A stretch of DNA of 28,351 nt from a virus (lineage: Duplodnaviria; Caudoviricetes): positions 1-28,351 of the IMG/VR virus record IMGVR_UViG_3300032212_000119. One strand, given 5' to 3'. Below, piece by piece: positions 16,880 to 24,892 of this stretch; position 1 is the first letter of the stretch; each line of letters starts with the position of its first letter. The notes below the pieces were generated by a model. That model was not told the DNA's origin, did no database searches, and saw only the letters and a program-made list of their open reading frames with translations. The position numbers and the translations under genes are program-made.

Positions 16880-17146
16880 TTAACCAGGGCGATGTTCTTC
16901 ATTGTCGTCATCTGGCAGATGTTCTGTTCGCGCTTGATCAATAGCTAAGTCATGTGACTTCTTTCGCCAATACCAGTTGATATAAGTATTAGTGGCAAAG
17001 GTTAATATTGCTAATGCAATACCAACTAATGCTGCAAGTTCTTGAGCAGTTAAAACCCCGAAGAATGTCAGACTGCTGCTTGCTGCATACGTGACCTTTG
17101 TTCCTATGGCTCCGGCTGCTTCAAGTTTTGTATGGACGTCTGCCAT
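16880..17146 (-). CDS. Holin (HP1-like family)
   Basis: 88 aa; hydrophobic helix ending INWYWRKK; first gene after PR'/tR'. Confidence 0.8.
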   Translation of the reverse strand: MADVHTKLEAAGAIGTKVTYAASSSLTFFGVLTAQELAALVGIALAILTFATNTYINWYWRKKSHDLAIDQARTEHLPDDDNEEHRPG

Positions 17147-17168
17147 ATTGTCTACTTTCCTTCAGGCA

Positions 17169-17200
17169 ATAAAAAAGCCCCGCTGAATCAGCGAGGCTTT
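17169..17200 (-). terminator. tR'-like late terminator
   Basis: AAAGCCTCGCTG-ATT-CAGCGGGGCTTTTTT. Confidence 0.8.
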
Positions 17201-17233
17201 GTGTTTGTGTGTCAGTAGTGTGACGTTAAGGGA

Positions 17234-17262
17234 TTTATACTCCTTGGCGCGTACGCTGTCAA
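17234..17262 (-). promoter_or_regulatory. PR'-like late promoter
   Basis: TTGACA-17 bp-TATAAA directly after the Q-like gene, followed within about 60 nt by a terminator. Confidence 0.8.
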
Positions 17263-17271
17263 CACTTTAAT

Positions 17272-17646
17272 TCAACTAATTTTTCCCGCAACAAATCTTT
17301 CTCCGTTGGTAACCCTTATCTGATAAGTTTTTTTAGACATGTTCATTTCTTTAGCTGCATCAACATCAATGTAATTGTCCTCATACTTGTATTTGAGCGC
17401 CATAAAATCTACTGCATCAAATATCGCTAAGAATTTCATAGCATCATCAACCTTCTTTACCAGGTTAGAAGGTGTGCTTACAACCGGCGCATATTTTTGA
17501 TGCCTGTCAATCCCGCCCGATAAAACGCACGACTGATTTGGGTAGCCTCGACAACTACCGCCGGCAACAGGCGCATTCATATATTGCCCCCATAATTTCA
17601 ATGCGTTCCTTGTTTCCTGAATATTGCTAACTATAGTATCTAACAT
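17272..17646 (-). CDS. Late antiterminator Q-like protein
   Basis: LKLWG...GYP...VDDAM...C-terminal HTH...GERFVAG pattern; lies before a promoter-terminator pair and the holin. Confidence 0.75.
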   Translation of the reverse strand: MLDTIVSNIQETRNALKLWGQYMNAPVAGGSCRGYPNQSCVLSGGIDRHQKYAPVVSTPSNLVKKVDDAMKFLAIFDAVDFMALKYKYEDNYIDVDAAKEMNMSKKTYQIRVTNGERFVAGKIS

Positions 17647-18998
17647 TACACATCCCCATCCAGTGCGCCAAAGTTATCAAACCGACAATACTTACCACGA
17701 AAAATCAACCGCGCTGTCCCCAGTTCCCCGTTTCGTTGTTTAGCTATAATTATTTCAGCCGTCCCCTTATCCGTACTATTTTCGTTATAAACCTCATCCC
17801 GGTAAATAAACAAAATCAAATCAGCGTCTTGTTCAATAGAGCCTGACTGTCTTAAATCTGACATCATAGGCCGTTTGTTTGACCTTTTTTCCAGCTCTCG
17901 ATTTAACTGAGACAAAGCAACAACCGGCACCTTTAATTCCTTAGCCAAACTCTTCAAACCCTTTGAGATTAACTCAATCGAATGCGTTTGATTTTCACCG
18001 TCGCCTTTCATCAACTGTAAATAATCAATCACAATCAAATCAACACCGTGTTTTTTAACTGCCCGACGTGCTCTTGAACGAACTTGCCCAACTGTTAGTG
18101 AAGGTGAATCATCAATTAAAAGTTTTATATTGTTTAACTTACCAACAGCGGTGGTTAATCTTGGCCAATCCTCATCCTCTAAATCACCTTTGCGAATTTT
18201 AGATAAATTCAAACGTCCTATTGCCGCTATCTCTCGATTAACAATTTGATCAGCAGGCATCTCCATTGAAAAAACCAAGCTTGATTTACCTTCAATAGCA
18301 ACATGTCTCGCAATGTTTGTTGTAAAAGCTGTCTTACCCATGGAAGGGCGACCAGCAACAATAATTAAGTCGCTCTCACAAAAACCTAACGTCATTTCAT
18401 CTAAGTCACAAAACCCCGTAGAAAGCCCGACTGTTTCACCACCATTCTGAAATCGTTCATCAATACCATCAACAACACCGGGTAAAATCTCTGATATCGT
18501 AAGAACATCTGATTGGTTGTCATCGTCCAGACTTAAAACTTCAAACTGAGCATTATCAATAATCGTTTCTGCTTTTTCATTAGAGTGCGCTTGTTGAACA
18601 AGATTGGTGCCGAGCCTTGCCAAGCGCCTTAACGCAGACTTATTTTTAACAATTTTCGCATATGCATGAACATTAGCGGTTGTTGGTGTGTTCTTGGCTA
18701 TACTCCCCAAATAAGATAAACCACCAACAAGATTAAGATTTTCTTCTCCCATAAATTCGCTAAGCGTAACCACATCAAAAGGAATTTCATTTCTCGACAT
18801 CTCTGTCATAGTTTCATAAATTAATCGATTCCATGTTTGAGAGAAGTCAAAAACATTAATATCAACTTCATCAAACAACTGATCGTCAATTAACAGCGAA
18901 CCTAAAACACTCTGCTCAGCTTCAAGACTGTGAATAGCCGACATATCAGCATTTTGATGACTTAACGAATAATAATCCTGCATATCAGTGGATTGCAT
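17646..18998 (-). CDS. dnaB: Replicative DNA helicase DnaB (phage-encoded)
   Basis: HSLEAEQSVLG, AGRPSMGKT, FSMEM, VIDYLQL, LSQLNR, SDLRQSGSIEQDAD, KQRNG. Confidence 0.97.
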   Translation of the reverse strand: MQSTDMQDYYSLSHQNADMSAIHSLEAEQSVLGSLLIDDQLFDEVDINVFDFSQTWNRLIYETMTEMSRNEIPFDVVTLSEFMGEENLNLVGGLSYLGSIAKNTPTTANVHAYAKIVKNKSALRRLARLGTNLVQQAHSNEKAETIIDNAQFEVLSLDDDNQSDVLTISEILPGVVDGIDERFQNGGETVGLSTGFCDLDEMTLGFCESDLIIVAGRPSMGKTAFTTNIARHVAIEGKSSLVFSMEMPADQIVNREIAAIGRLNLSKIRKGDLEDEDWPRLTTAVGKLNNIKLLIDDSPSLTVGQVRSRARRAVKKHGVDLIVIDYLQLMKGDGENQTHSIELISKGLKSLAKELKVPVVALSQLNRELEKRSNKRPMMSDLRQSGSIEQDADLILFIYRDEVYNENSTDKGTAEIIIAKQRNGELGTARLIFRGKYCRFDNFGALDGDV

Positions 18999-19578
18999 TT
19001 TTCACCCGCTCAACATACTGAGTAGCAGATTCTTTACCGTGTGGGTTTATCCCCAACTCAACACCTATTCGTCGATAAGCAGTATATTCATCTTCATCAT
19101 AAATATTATTATTAAGCTGTTTTTTTGTACTACCGCCCTTTCTTTTTTCTTTCTTTTCTTTTGTAGGGGTTGTTTTAACCCCTGTTAGTGGGGTTGTTTT
19201 AACCCCAGTACTGGGGTTGTTTTGACCCCTGCTATCAGGGGTTGTTTTAACCCCTGTCAACCACATTTTGTATCGTTTATTAATGCCGATGGATTTCACA
19301 TGCTTGCCATGAGCAAGACGACCTTTTCCTTTTTTAATTAAAATATTTTTTAACAAAAGAGATTTAATCGTCTTCTTTATATTCGATCGATCAATTCCTG
19401 TCATCGATTCAATTTGAACTGCTGATACAGAATCGTACGACTTACTAAAGCCATATGTCTTTCTTATCACCACCAACAGAATTTTAATTTCAACCTTTGT
19501 TAAAGGATGAGCTAAAACAGCCTCCAACAACTCGTTAGCGATGCGCGTATAGCCGTTCTCAAGCCTTGCTTCACTCAC
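18985..19578 (-). CDS. Replication initiator (lambda O-like)
   Basis: ENGYTRIANELLEA...RKTYGFSK N-terminus; internal iterons; GTG start. Confidence 0.9.
   Translation of the reverse strand: MSEARLENGYTRIANELLEAVLAHPLTKVEIKILLVVIRKTYGFSKSYDSVSAVQIESMTGIDRSNIKKTIKSLLLKNILIKKGKGRLAHGKHVKSIGINKRYKMWLTGVKTTPDSRGQNNPSTGVKTTPLTGVKTTPTKEKKEKRKGGSTKKQLNNNIYDEDEYTAYRRIGVELGINPHGKESATQYVERVKNAIH
19166..19254. repeat. Replication origin: four 17-bp iterons GGGGTTGTTTT(A/G)ACCCC
   Basis: Copies start at 19166, 19190, 19213 and 19238; quasi-palindromic; adjacent purine/pyrimidine-biased and AT-rich tract at about 19095-19163. Confidence 0.9.
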
Positions 19579-19781
19579 TGATGTTTTAGCTCCGTAAAAT
19601 CGATTTTAATAAAAGGCATGGGCTCTTCTTCGGCTACACCAGCGTATTCATAATGATGTGTCACCCTCCCCTGGTAATCAGATTCACGTTTTAATATATA
19701 ACCGCAATCATTAAGCGCTTTGATAATTTCGGGCTCTAATGCGCCCTCAGTCAGTACAGCGATGTATTTTTGTTTGCTCAT
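19575..19781 (-). CDS. Hypothetical protein
   Basis: MSKQKY...; GTGA overlap with O. Confidence 0.6.
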   Translation of the reverse strand: MSKQKYIAVLTEGALEPEIIKALNDCGYILKRESDYQGRVTHHYEYAGVAEEEPMPFIKIDFTELKHQ

Positions 19782-19838
19782 CGTTTTTTCCACGGTTAAA
19801 ATTTAAACGCCACCTTGCACGCCCAGTATATTCTATTG

Positions 19839-20111
19839 TTATGTGTTTATTCCGCCAAACGGATCTGGCATATAAACTCTATAACCCGCATTTAAAAGTA
19901 AATCTTTTGCTGCCTCTAACTTCTGTGCAGAGGGCTTGCGACCTCTGCCGCCTTTATATGTTTCAGGATCACGAGGAAGTGAAATGCCATTCCTGTGGCA
20001 AATTTTATGCAAGTTCGGCACGGTTGTTCCTATGGTCGATGCAATCTCTTTAGTTGAGTCATTGCCAGCCATTTCACGTATCGTCGATAACTTGTTGTCC
20101 CACTTTCCCAT
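19839..20111 (-). CDS. Small HTH-like protein
   Basis: STKEIASTIGTTVPNLHKICHRNGISL; GAGGA RBS before ATG 20111. Confidence 0.65.
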   Translation of the reverse strand: MGKWDNKLSTIREMAGNDSTKEIASTIGTTVPNLHKICHRNGISLPRDPETYKGGRGRKPSAQKLEAAKDLLLNAGYRVYMPDPFGGINT

Positions 20112-20190
20112 CTTAAAATCCTCAGTTAAAACACATAACACGCCGTCCAAAATGGAAAGCGCGAAAGGCGCGCTTCCCTTTAACTAATCG

Positions 20191-20382
20191 TTATATTTTA
20201 AGTTTCTTAATTAAGCCGGGCATACATTTACGGAATGCCTTACTTAAATCCTTTCTAGCTCTTTCTATGCGAACAAATGTCAACCCTAACGAGTTGTTAA
20301 GCTCACGCCTAATCTGGTCATCGGTTATGTCATCACCTAGCCCGTAGTAATCCCTCACTCCGTTAACCTCTAATTTTGTCAT
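20191..20382 (-). CDS. Hypothetical protein
   Basis: 63 aa, closely packed in the operon, AGGTG RBS. Confidence 0.6.
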   Translation of the reverse strand: MTKLEVNGVRDYYGLGDDITDDQIRRELNNSLGLTFVRIERARKDLSKAFRKCMPGLIKKLKI

Positions 20383-20385
20383 AAA

Positions 20386-20736
20386 TCACCTATCTAAAAT
20401 AATATGCTGTCTTTGTATTCGAGGCTTACTTTTCTTTCCATAAACTTCTCTAAAAGAGTAAGGTTTATCACCCATAATAAATTTATATGCGCTATTCATT
20501 GAACTATATGTATTTATCACCGCTTTAACTAAACTGATATGTTTAAACGGATTAACTAATACAGAGCTGTTTCTTATAGCACTCAGTTGACCTATACCTG
20601 CAGCACAAGATGCGGCCATACATGCTTTCGCAATATGTGACTTTTTCCTGTATGCAGTAGCAAACTTGTATGGGCTAGGGACAGCCGTCAATCTATGATT
20701 GATGATCTCTAGCTTTCTTTTTTTCACGCTTGACAT
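20386..20736 (-). CDS. Hypothetical basic protein
   Basis: 116 aa with AAGGG RBS, packed in the operon. Confidence 0.6.
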   Translation of the reverse strand: MSSVKKRKLEIINHRLTAVPSPYKFATAYRKKSHIAKACMAASCAAGIGQLSAIRNSSVLVNPFKHISLVKAVINTYSSMNSAYKFIMGDKPYSFREVYGKKSKPRIQRQHIILDR

Positions 20737-20747
20737 ATTAATTCCCT

Positions 20748-20924
20748 TTACTTCAAAACAAACCCACCACGCTCACGTTTACATGCTGGGAAGCGCTTGT
20801 TAACCGGGCAGCGATGTCGGTCAATAATAAAAGTGTATCGCTCACAGGCAATGCAGCCTTTTGCTTTTAACTCTATGCCTGCAACCGTTTCAAACGTTGG
20901 GTCTTTATATGCTTGATGCGCCAT
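20748..20924 (-). CDS. Small Cys-containing hypothetical protein
   Basis: MAHQAYKDP...CIAC...C...C; TAATG overlap with the upstream ORF. Confidence 0.55.
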   Translation of the reverse strand: MAHQAYKDPTFETVAGIELKAKGCIACERYTFIIDRHRCPVNKRFPACKRERGGFVLK

Positions 20925-21181
20925 TAACCAACCACACAACACTCATGTTCGTCTTTTCCTTTTTCGCAAACAAAAGGCTGGCTAAACTGATGCTGTAAAC
21001 CGTTCTCGCTGAACATATCTTCAAGCTGCATACACTGGTTAAGCTCATCTGCAACAGAGTCATTTTGAATGACAATAACCTCATCAATATATTTTCCGGA
21101 AAGGTAGACAAATAAACAGCCCAACATAAAAACTATCAAAACAAAAATTAAACCGCTAAATAACACTTCGTGCCAACTCAT
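20924..21181 (-). CDS. Small membrane protein
   Basis: N-terminal hydrophobic helix; GGAG RBS. Confidence 0.6.
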   Translation of the reverse strand: MSWHEVLFSGLIFVLIVFMLGCLFVYLSGKYIDEVIVIQNDSVADELNQCMQLEDMFSENGLQHQFSQPFVCEKGKDEHECCVVG

Positions 21182-21184
21182 GAT

Positions 21185-21409
21185 TCACTCTCCTTTTTTT
21201 AGTTCTTTACATAACCTTTTAATAATTACACCAAGCACTTCATCAATATCGTTACCCGTTTCGTGCGCGGGCACCAGGACAGAAGCGCTCATTCCTGATG
21301 CATCTGGTTTATAATAAATACCCGCAACAACATGACCTTGATCATAAACATCAATCGTGGTGTGATAACCCAGCTTCTGTATTGACTCTATTTTTTGTTG
21401 GATTCCCAA
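21185..21409 (-). CDS. Hypothetical protein
   Basis: 74 aa, TTG start with AGGA RBS, overlapping the upstream ORF. Confidence 0.55.
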   Translation of the reverse strand: MGIQQKIESIQKLGYHTTIDVYDQGHVVAGIYYKPDASGMSASVLVPAHETGNDIDEVLGVIIKRLCKELKKGE

Positions 21410-21630
21410 ACTCGCACTATCCTTTGTTTTAAATCTTCAATAAATGCATCCGCCTGTTTTTTATAAATGCCCTTTGGCCCTAATCTTTGCTCATGCATTC
21501 TTCTTAAAAAATCGTTACGCTGCTCTCGCGTTTCAAAGCGACTTAAAATTTCAGCCGCTAAACAATCTAATAAATAATCCCGTTGGTCGCGCAATATCTT
21601 GTGTATTACATCAATCTTATAAACGGGCAT
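21388..21630 (-). CDS. Hypothetical protein
   Basis: 80 aa, helical, overlapping its neighbours. Confidence 0.6.
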   Translation of the reverse strand: MPVYKIDVIHKILRDQRDYLLDCLAAEILSRFETREQRNDFLRRMHEQRLGPKGIYKKQADAFIEDLKQRIVRVWESNKK

Positions 21631-22030
21631 TTACAATGATGCTTAAATCATTTTTAATTTTTAAAAGATCGCTCGACAAACTACCCCCGGTAATTTCTGC
21701 CAGCTTGTCTATCGTCTCAAATTTAGAGGACAGCCCTTTTTTTACAGTTTTTTGTATATGCTTTAGCGTTACTCTTTCGGTATTTTTTCTTGCATCTTCA
21801 TTTCGTTGTTTTATTTGTTCTCTTTTATTATGAAACCTTGAGTGATAAAACTTTCTGTCATTAAGAAATATTTTATTCCGTCGTCTCAAATTTCTTAGCA
21901 AGCACTCGATACCCTCGTGAGAAACGTTTCCATTAAAAGACTTATGAACATCTTCGACCAAAAGACCATCAACATGCTTATACAGCAAAACCAAAACATG
22001 CCCTTGCGGCGTTAAAGAATTAATACTCAC
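21617..22030 (-). CDS. Hypothetical protein (possible winged helix)
   Basis: 137 aa, GTGA overlap with the cII-like gene. Confidence 0.6.
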   Translation of the reverse strand: MSINSLTPQGHVLVLLYKHVDGLLVEDVHKSFNGNVSHEGIECLLRNLRRRNKIFLNDRKFYHSRFHNKREQIKQRNEDARKNTERVTLKHIQKTVKKGLSSKFETIDKLAEITGGSLSSDLLKIKNDLSIIVNARL

Positions 22031-22548
22031 TGAGCCTTAGCCTTTTCTATATGAGTAACGTTGCTTTCTGGTTCGCACATATCTTCATAAACACCAACCA
22101 ACTCAAGACCTTTTTGAAAGTCCTCAACAAGTTCTTTCTTAACCTCATTAATTTCATGATGCTGAATAACGCCGTCTGCAATCATGTCTTTCATTTTTTG
22201 AACTGTTTCTGCGATTTCTGCCTGCCATTCCGCCCAGGCTTTTAACACATCCATATCACTTGAGAACGCTGCAAAGTCAGGTAATGGTGTCATCGCAAAA
22301 CCGCACTCACGATTCATTGTCGACAACATACTGAAATCCTTAGTTGCCAACATAACTGCACGAGCTTCTTTTATGTTAAAGATTGCAAACTCTTCTGTAC
22401 GGTTAGCTTTGTTTTGAACGGTTGAAGAACGCATACCCGTAATAGCAGAAACACCCACAGCGCCCTTCTTGCCCGTGGTTTCATCTTTAAAATTATGAAC
22501 CGTTTCATAAGCCGCTTGATCAAGTGGGTCAATATCGTGATTATCCAT
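22027..22548 (-). CDS. CII-like phage regulatory protein
   Basis: AAYETVHNF...GAVGVSAITGMRSSTVQNKAN HTH and DGVIQHHE C-terminal motif; downstream of cro. Confidence 0.75.
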   Translation of the reverse strand: MDNHDIDPLDQAAYETVHNFKDETTGKKGAVGVSAITGMRSSTVQNKANRTEEFAIFNIKEARAVMLATKDFSMLSTMNRECGFAMTPLPDFAAFSSDMDVLKAWAEWQAEIAETVQKMKDMIADGVIQHHEINEVKKELVEDFQKGLELVGVYEDMCEPESNVTHIEKAKAQ

Positions 22549-22670
22549 GGTGGTTTCCCCTTCTTATCACCGAGCAAATATTTTTTGCCGGTGTATTATT
22601 TAAAAAAAGGCGACCCCGAAGTGCTACACTTTGAAATGTCACTAACAAAACATAAAACAACGAGATCACC

Positions 22671-22907
22671 ATGAGCGATAAAATGGCACCAAACACCAAC
22701 AAGACAAATGCAGACCGCGTTGTCGATTTAGCCCACGACAACAGCCACTTATATTTTTTGATTGGCGCGTTAACCGATGCATACAGCGACTTAAATGAAA
22801 TCGCTAAACGCGAATTCATGAAAAGCTTAGAAAGGAAATTAGAAGCAGCCGACCCGGACTGTGCTGAAACGTTATCAACACTAATAGAAGCAATGGAGCG
22901 CGACTGA
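22671..22907 (+). CDS. Small helical hypothetical protein convergent with cro
   Basis: 78 aa with GAG RBS; its stop abuts the cro stop. Confidence 0.5.
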   Translation: MSDKMAPNTNKTNADRVVDLAHDNSHLYFLIGALTDAYSDLNEIAKREFMKSLERKLEAADPDCAETLSTLIEAMERD

Positions 22908-22908
22908 T

Positions 22909-23133
22909 TCATGCCGCGCCCTGCTCCACAGACGGGTAAAAATGGTCAAGCATTTCAAACCTGCTTACTTCCCCTCTTGTGGCCGCAATTAATTTATTTA
23001 ATTTTTCACGACGAGGCACATTCTTACCATTCAAATACTTGCGCTCGACCGTTAAAACAGTCGTATCAGCCTTGTCGGCAAACGCTTCGCGGTCTTTTTC
23101 GTCTAAATTTTTGTAGTATTCAATAAAATTCAT
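22909..23133 (-). CDS. cro: Cro-like HTH regulator
   Basis: 74 aa, MNFIEYY...REAFADKADTT...P...LIAATRGEVS; divergent from the repressor. Confidence 0.8.
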   Translation of the reverse strand: MNFIEYYKNLDEKDREAFADKADTTVLTVERKYLNGKNVPRREKLNKLIAATRGEVSRFEMLDHFYPSVEQGAA

Positions 23134-23137
23134 AATT

Positions 23138-23190
23138 AAACCATTTTGGTTGATGCTCACAACCATAAACCAATTTGGTTTAGCTATCAA
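23138..23190. promoter_or_regulatory. OR-like operators and PR-like promoter
   Basis: Palindromes AAACCATTTTGGTTG (23138-23152) and TAAACCAATTTGGTTTA (23166-23182); TTGATA-17-TATGGT on the - strand (23190-23162). Confidence 0.8.
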
Positions 23191-23216
23191 CCCCTAATTC
23201 AAATAAAAATGCAGCT

Positions 23217-23705
23217 ATGGACATAAAACAGATAAGACAGCGGAATTTAATAGCCATCCTCGATGAGAAATTTGACGGCAAGCCAGCCGAGTTGTCTCGC
23301 GCGCTGGGGCAAACCACTTCATCGCAAATAAGCCGCTACCTATCCACCAAACCAGACACTTATCGCCCTATTGGTGACAACATGGCAAGGCAAATAGAAA
23401 CTGCCGCAAACAAGCCCTCAGGCTGGTTAGACAGGTTGCACGACTCAGTGGCCGAAGACGGTGCCAGCTATGCTGTTGAGAGCCCCGAAGACCTTGCGGA
23501 AGAAAAAGCCATATCTTTTGCCGATAAATTTGAACGCCTACTTGAAATCCAGCTTTCATCGGCGGATAAGCGCGAATTATTTAAGCGCGTGAAAGAACGG
23601 TACTTGAGAGAGATAACCGAAGGTCGGAAAATACCAAAATCAGAAGAAGAAATGAAAGCCGAAGTTATCGACTTCATTGAAATTTCAAAAAAAATGCGGG
23701 ACTAA
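23217..23705 (+). CDS. cI: CI-like repressor lacking an S24 autopeptidase domain
   Basis: IRQRNL...PAELSRALG...QISRYL...IGDNMARQIE...PSGWLD HTH; flanked by matching operators on both sides; helical C-terminus. Confidence 0.85.
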   Translation: MDIKQIRQRNLIAILDEKFDGKPAELSRALGQTTSSQISRYLSTKPDTYRPIGDNMARQIETAANKPSGWLDRLHDSVAEDGASYAVESPEDLAEEKAISFADKFERLLEIQLSSADKRELFKRVKERYLREITEGRKIPKSEEEMKAEVIDFIEISKKMRD

Positions 23706-23804
23706 TCGTTCCTGATTATTTGCGTCCTCCTCTCTGTTTTTCTCAAAACACCACTAAAATCCCTCTTTATATATTGACCCCGTAATATTTTATTTTGCCA
23801 AAAT

Positions 23805-23846
23805 AAACCAATTTGGTTTGACATTAAGAAACCTTTATGGTTTATT
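23805..23846 (+). promoter_or_regulatory. OL-like operators and PL-like promoter
   Basis: AAACCAATTTGGTTT (23805-23819) and AAACCTTTATGGTTT (23829-23843) flank TTGACA (23818-23823); the -10 box is less clear. Confidence 0.75.
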
Positions 23847-23878
23847 AGTCGCACACAAAATAAAAAAGGGGCGCAATC

Positions 23879-24085
23879 ATGAGCAACATCATCACGCTAC
23901 ACCCAGATGTCAAAGTTAAAGACGTATTCGACATGATGCATGTTTACAAAACTATAACGAACATCACGGGCAAAAATGGACGCCCTTGCCTCGTTACACG
24001 CTCCGACCAGGGCAATACCGGTTTTGTTAAAGTCCCCGCTCGAAAAGGCCAGCTTCGCGGCCTACCGAGCAACCCGGTTAAATAA
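23879..24085 (+). CDS. Hypothetical protein, first gene of early left operon
   Basis: 68 aa with AGGGG RBS. Confidence 0.65.
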   Translation: MSNIITLHPDVKVKDVFDMMHVYKTITNITGKNGRPCLVTRSDQGNTGFVKVPARKGQLRGLPSNPVK

Positions 24086-24087
24086 CA

Positions 24088-24525
24088 ATGAATACCTGCG
24101 CAACATACTCAGTACAAGAAGCCGGCAAGCTTATCGGTATGGGCTCAAAAAAACTGTTTGCGTTGTTGCGCGAGAAGAAAATATTAGACCAACAAAACGT
24201 GCCTTATCAACGCTATATCAATCAAGGCTACTTCAAAGTAGACACAAACGACTGGAACCACCCAACCGTCGGCACAAAACTATACGCCAGAACTATAGTA
24301 ACGGTCGCTGGCGTTAAATGGTTAAAAGAAAAAGTGGTTGAAACAACCAATCCAACAACACCACCACAACGCAACATCGAGCAACACTATAAAGATGCAC
24401 TTCATCATTTGAATTGTTTAATCGCTTACATAGAAAAAGGTGAAACCGAAAACCACCCCCACACCCTTAAACACACGAAACAGTTTTTAGAAAAAGAAAA
24501 TGCATTGATGGGTAATAATCAATGA
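24088..24525 (+). CDS. Phage antirepressor KilAC-domain protein
   Basis: YSVQEAGKLIGMGSKKLFALLREKKIL...NVPYQRYINQGYFKV...TIVTVAGVKWL. Confidence 0.85.
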   Translation: MNTCATYSVQEAGKLIGMGSKKLFALLREKKILDQQNVPYQRYINQGYFKVDTNDWNHPTVGTKLYARTIVTVAGVKWLKEKVVETTNPTTPPQRNIEQHYKDALHHLNCLIAYIEKGETENHPHTLKHTKQFLEKENALMGNNQ

Positions 24526-24544
24526 ACTGGATAGAGGAATTATT

Positions 24545-24892
24545 ATGAGCTTATCTTGTAGCTGTGATTTTGAACCGCAGGAATGCGCGTGGTATTGGTC
24601 TGGAGTAAGTGAGTTTAAATTAATGGGTGTAAGTGCTCGACGTAAAAAATGTTGTAGCTGCGGCGATGTAATAAACAGTAATCATGAGGTTATTGAGTTT
24701 TACAGGTATCGGTCAACACTAAACGATATTGAAGAAAGGATATATGGCGACGAAAAGCAGCTGGCAAGTCATTTTATGTGTGAAGAATGCGGTGGTCTAT
24801 ATCTCGCTTTAGATGAGCTTGGTTATGGTTGTCTTGATATTTCAAAACCAATGAAAGATTACGTCATTGAATACAACGAGATGCGCCGATGA
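24545..24892 (+). CDS. Cys-rich (Zn-binding) hypothetical protein
   Basis: CSC, CCSCG and CEEC motifs; GAGGA RBS; ATGA overlap with the methyltransferase. Confidence 0.7.
   Translation: MSLSCSCDFEPQECAWYWSGVSEFKLMGVSARRKKCCSCGDVINSNHEVIEFYRYRSTLNDIEERIYGDEKQLASHFMCEECGGLYLALDELGYGCLDISKPMKDYVIEYNEMRR

Noticed and set aside
19166-19254. Regularly spaced palindromic repeats as a CRISPR array
   Set aside because: Spacers are only 6-8 nt, the repeats lie inside the O gene and there are no cas genes; they are replication iterons.
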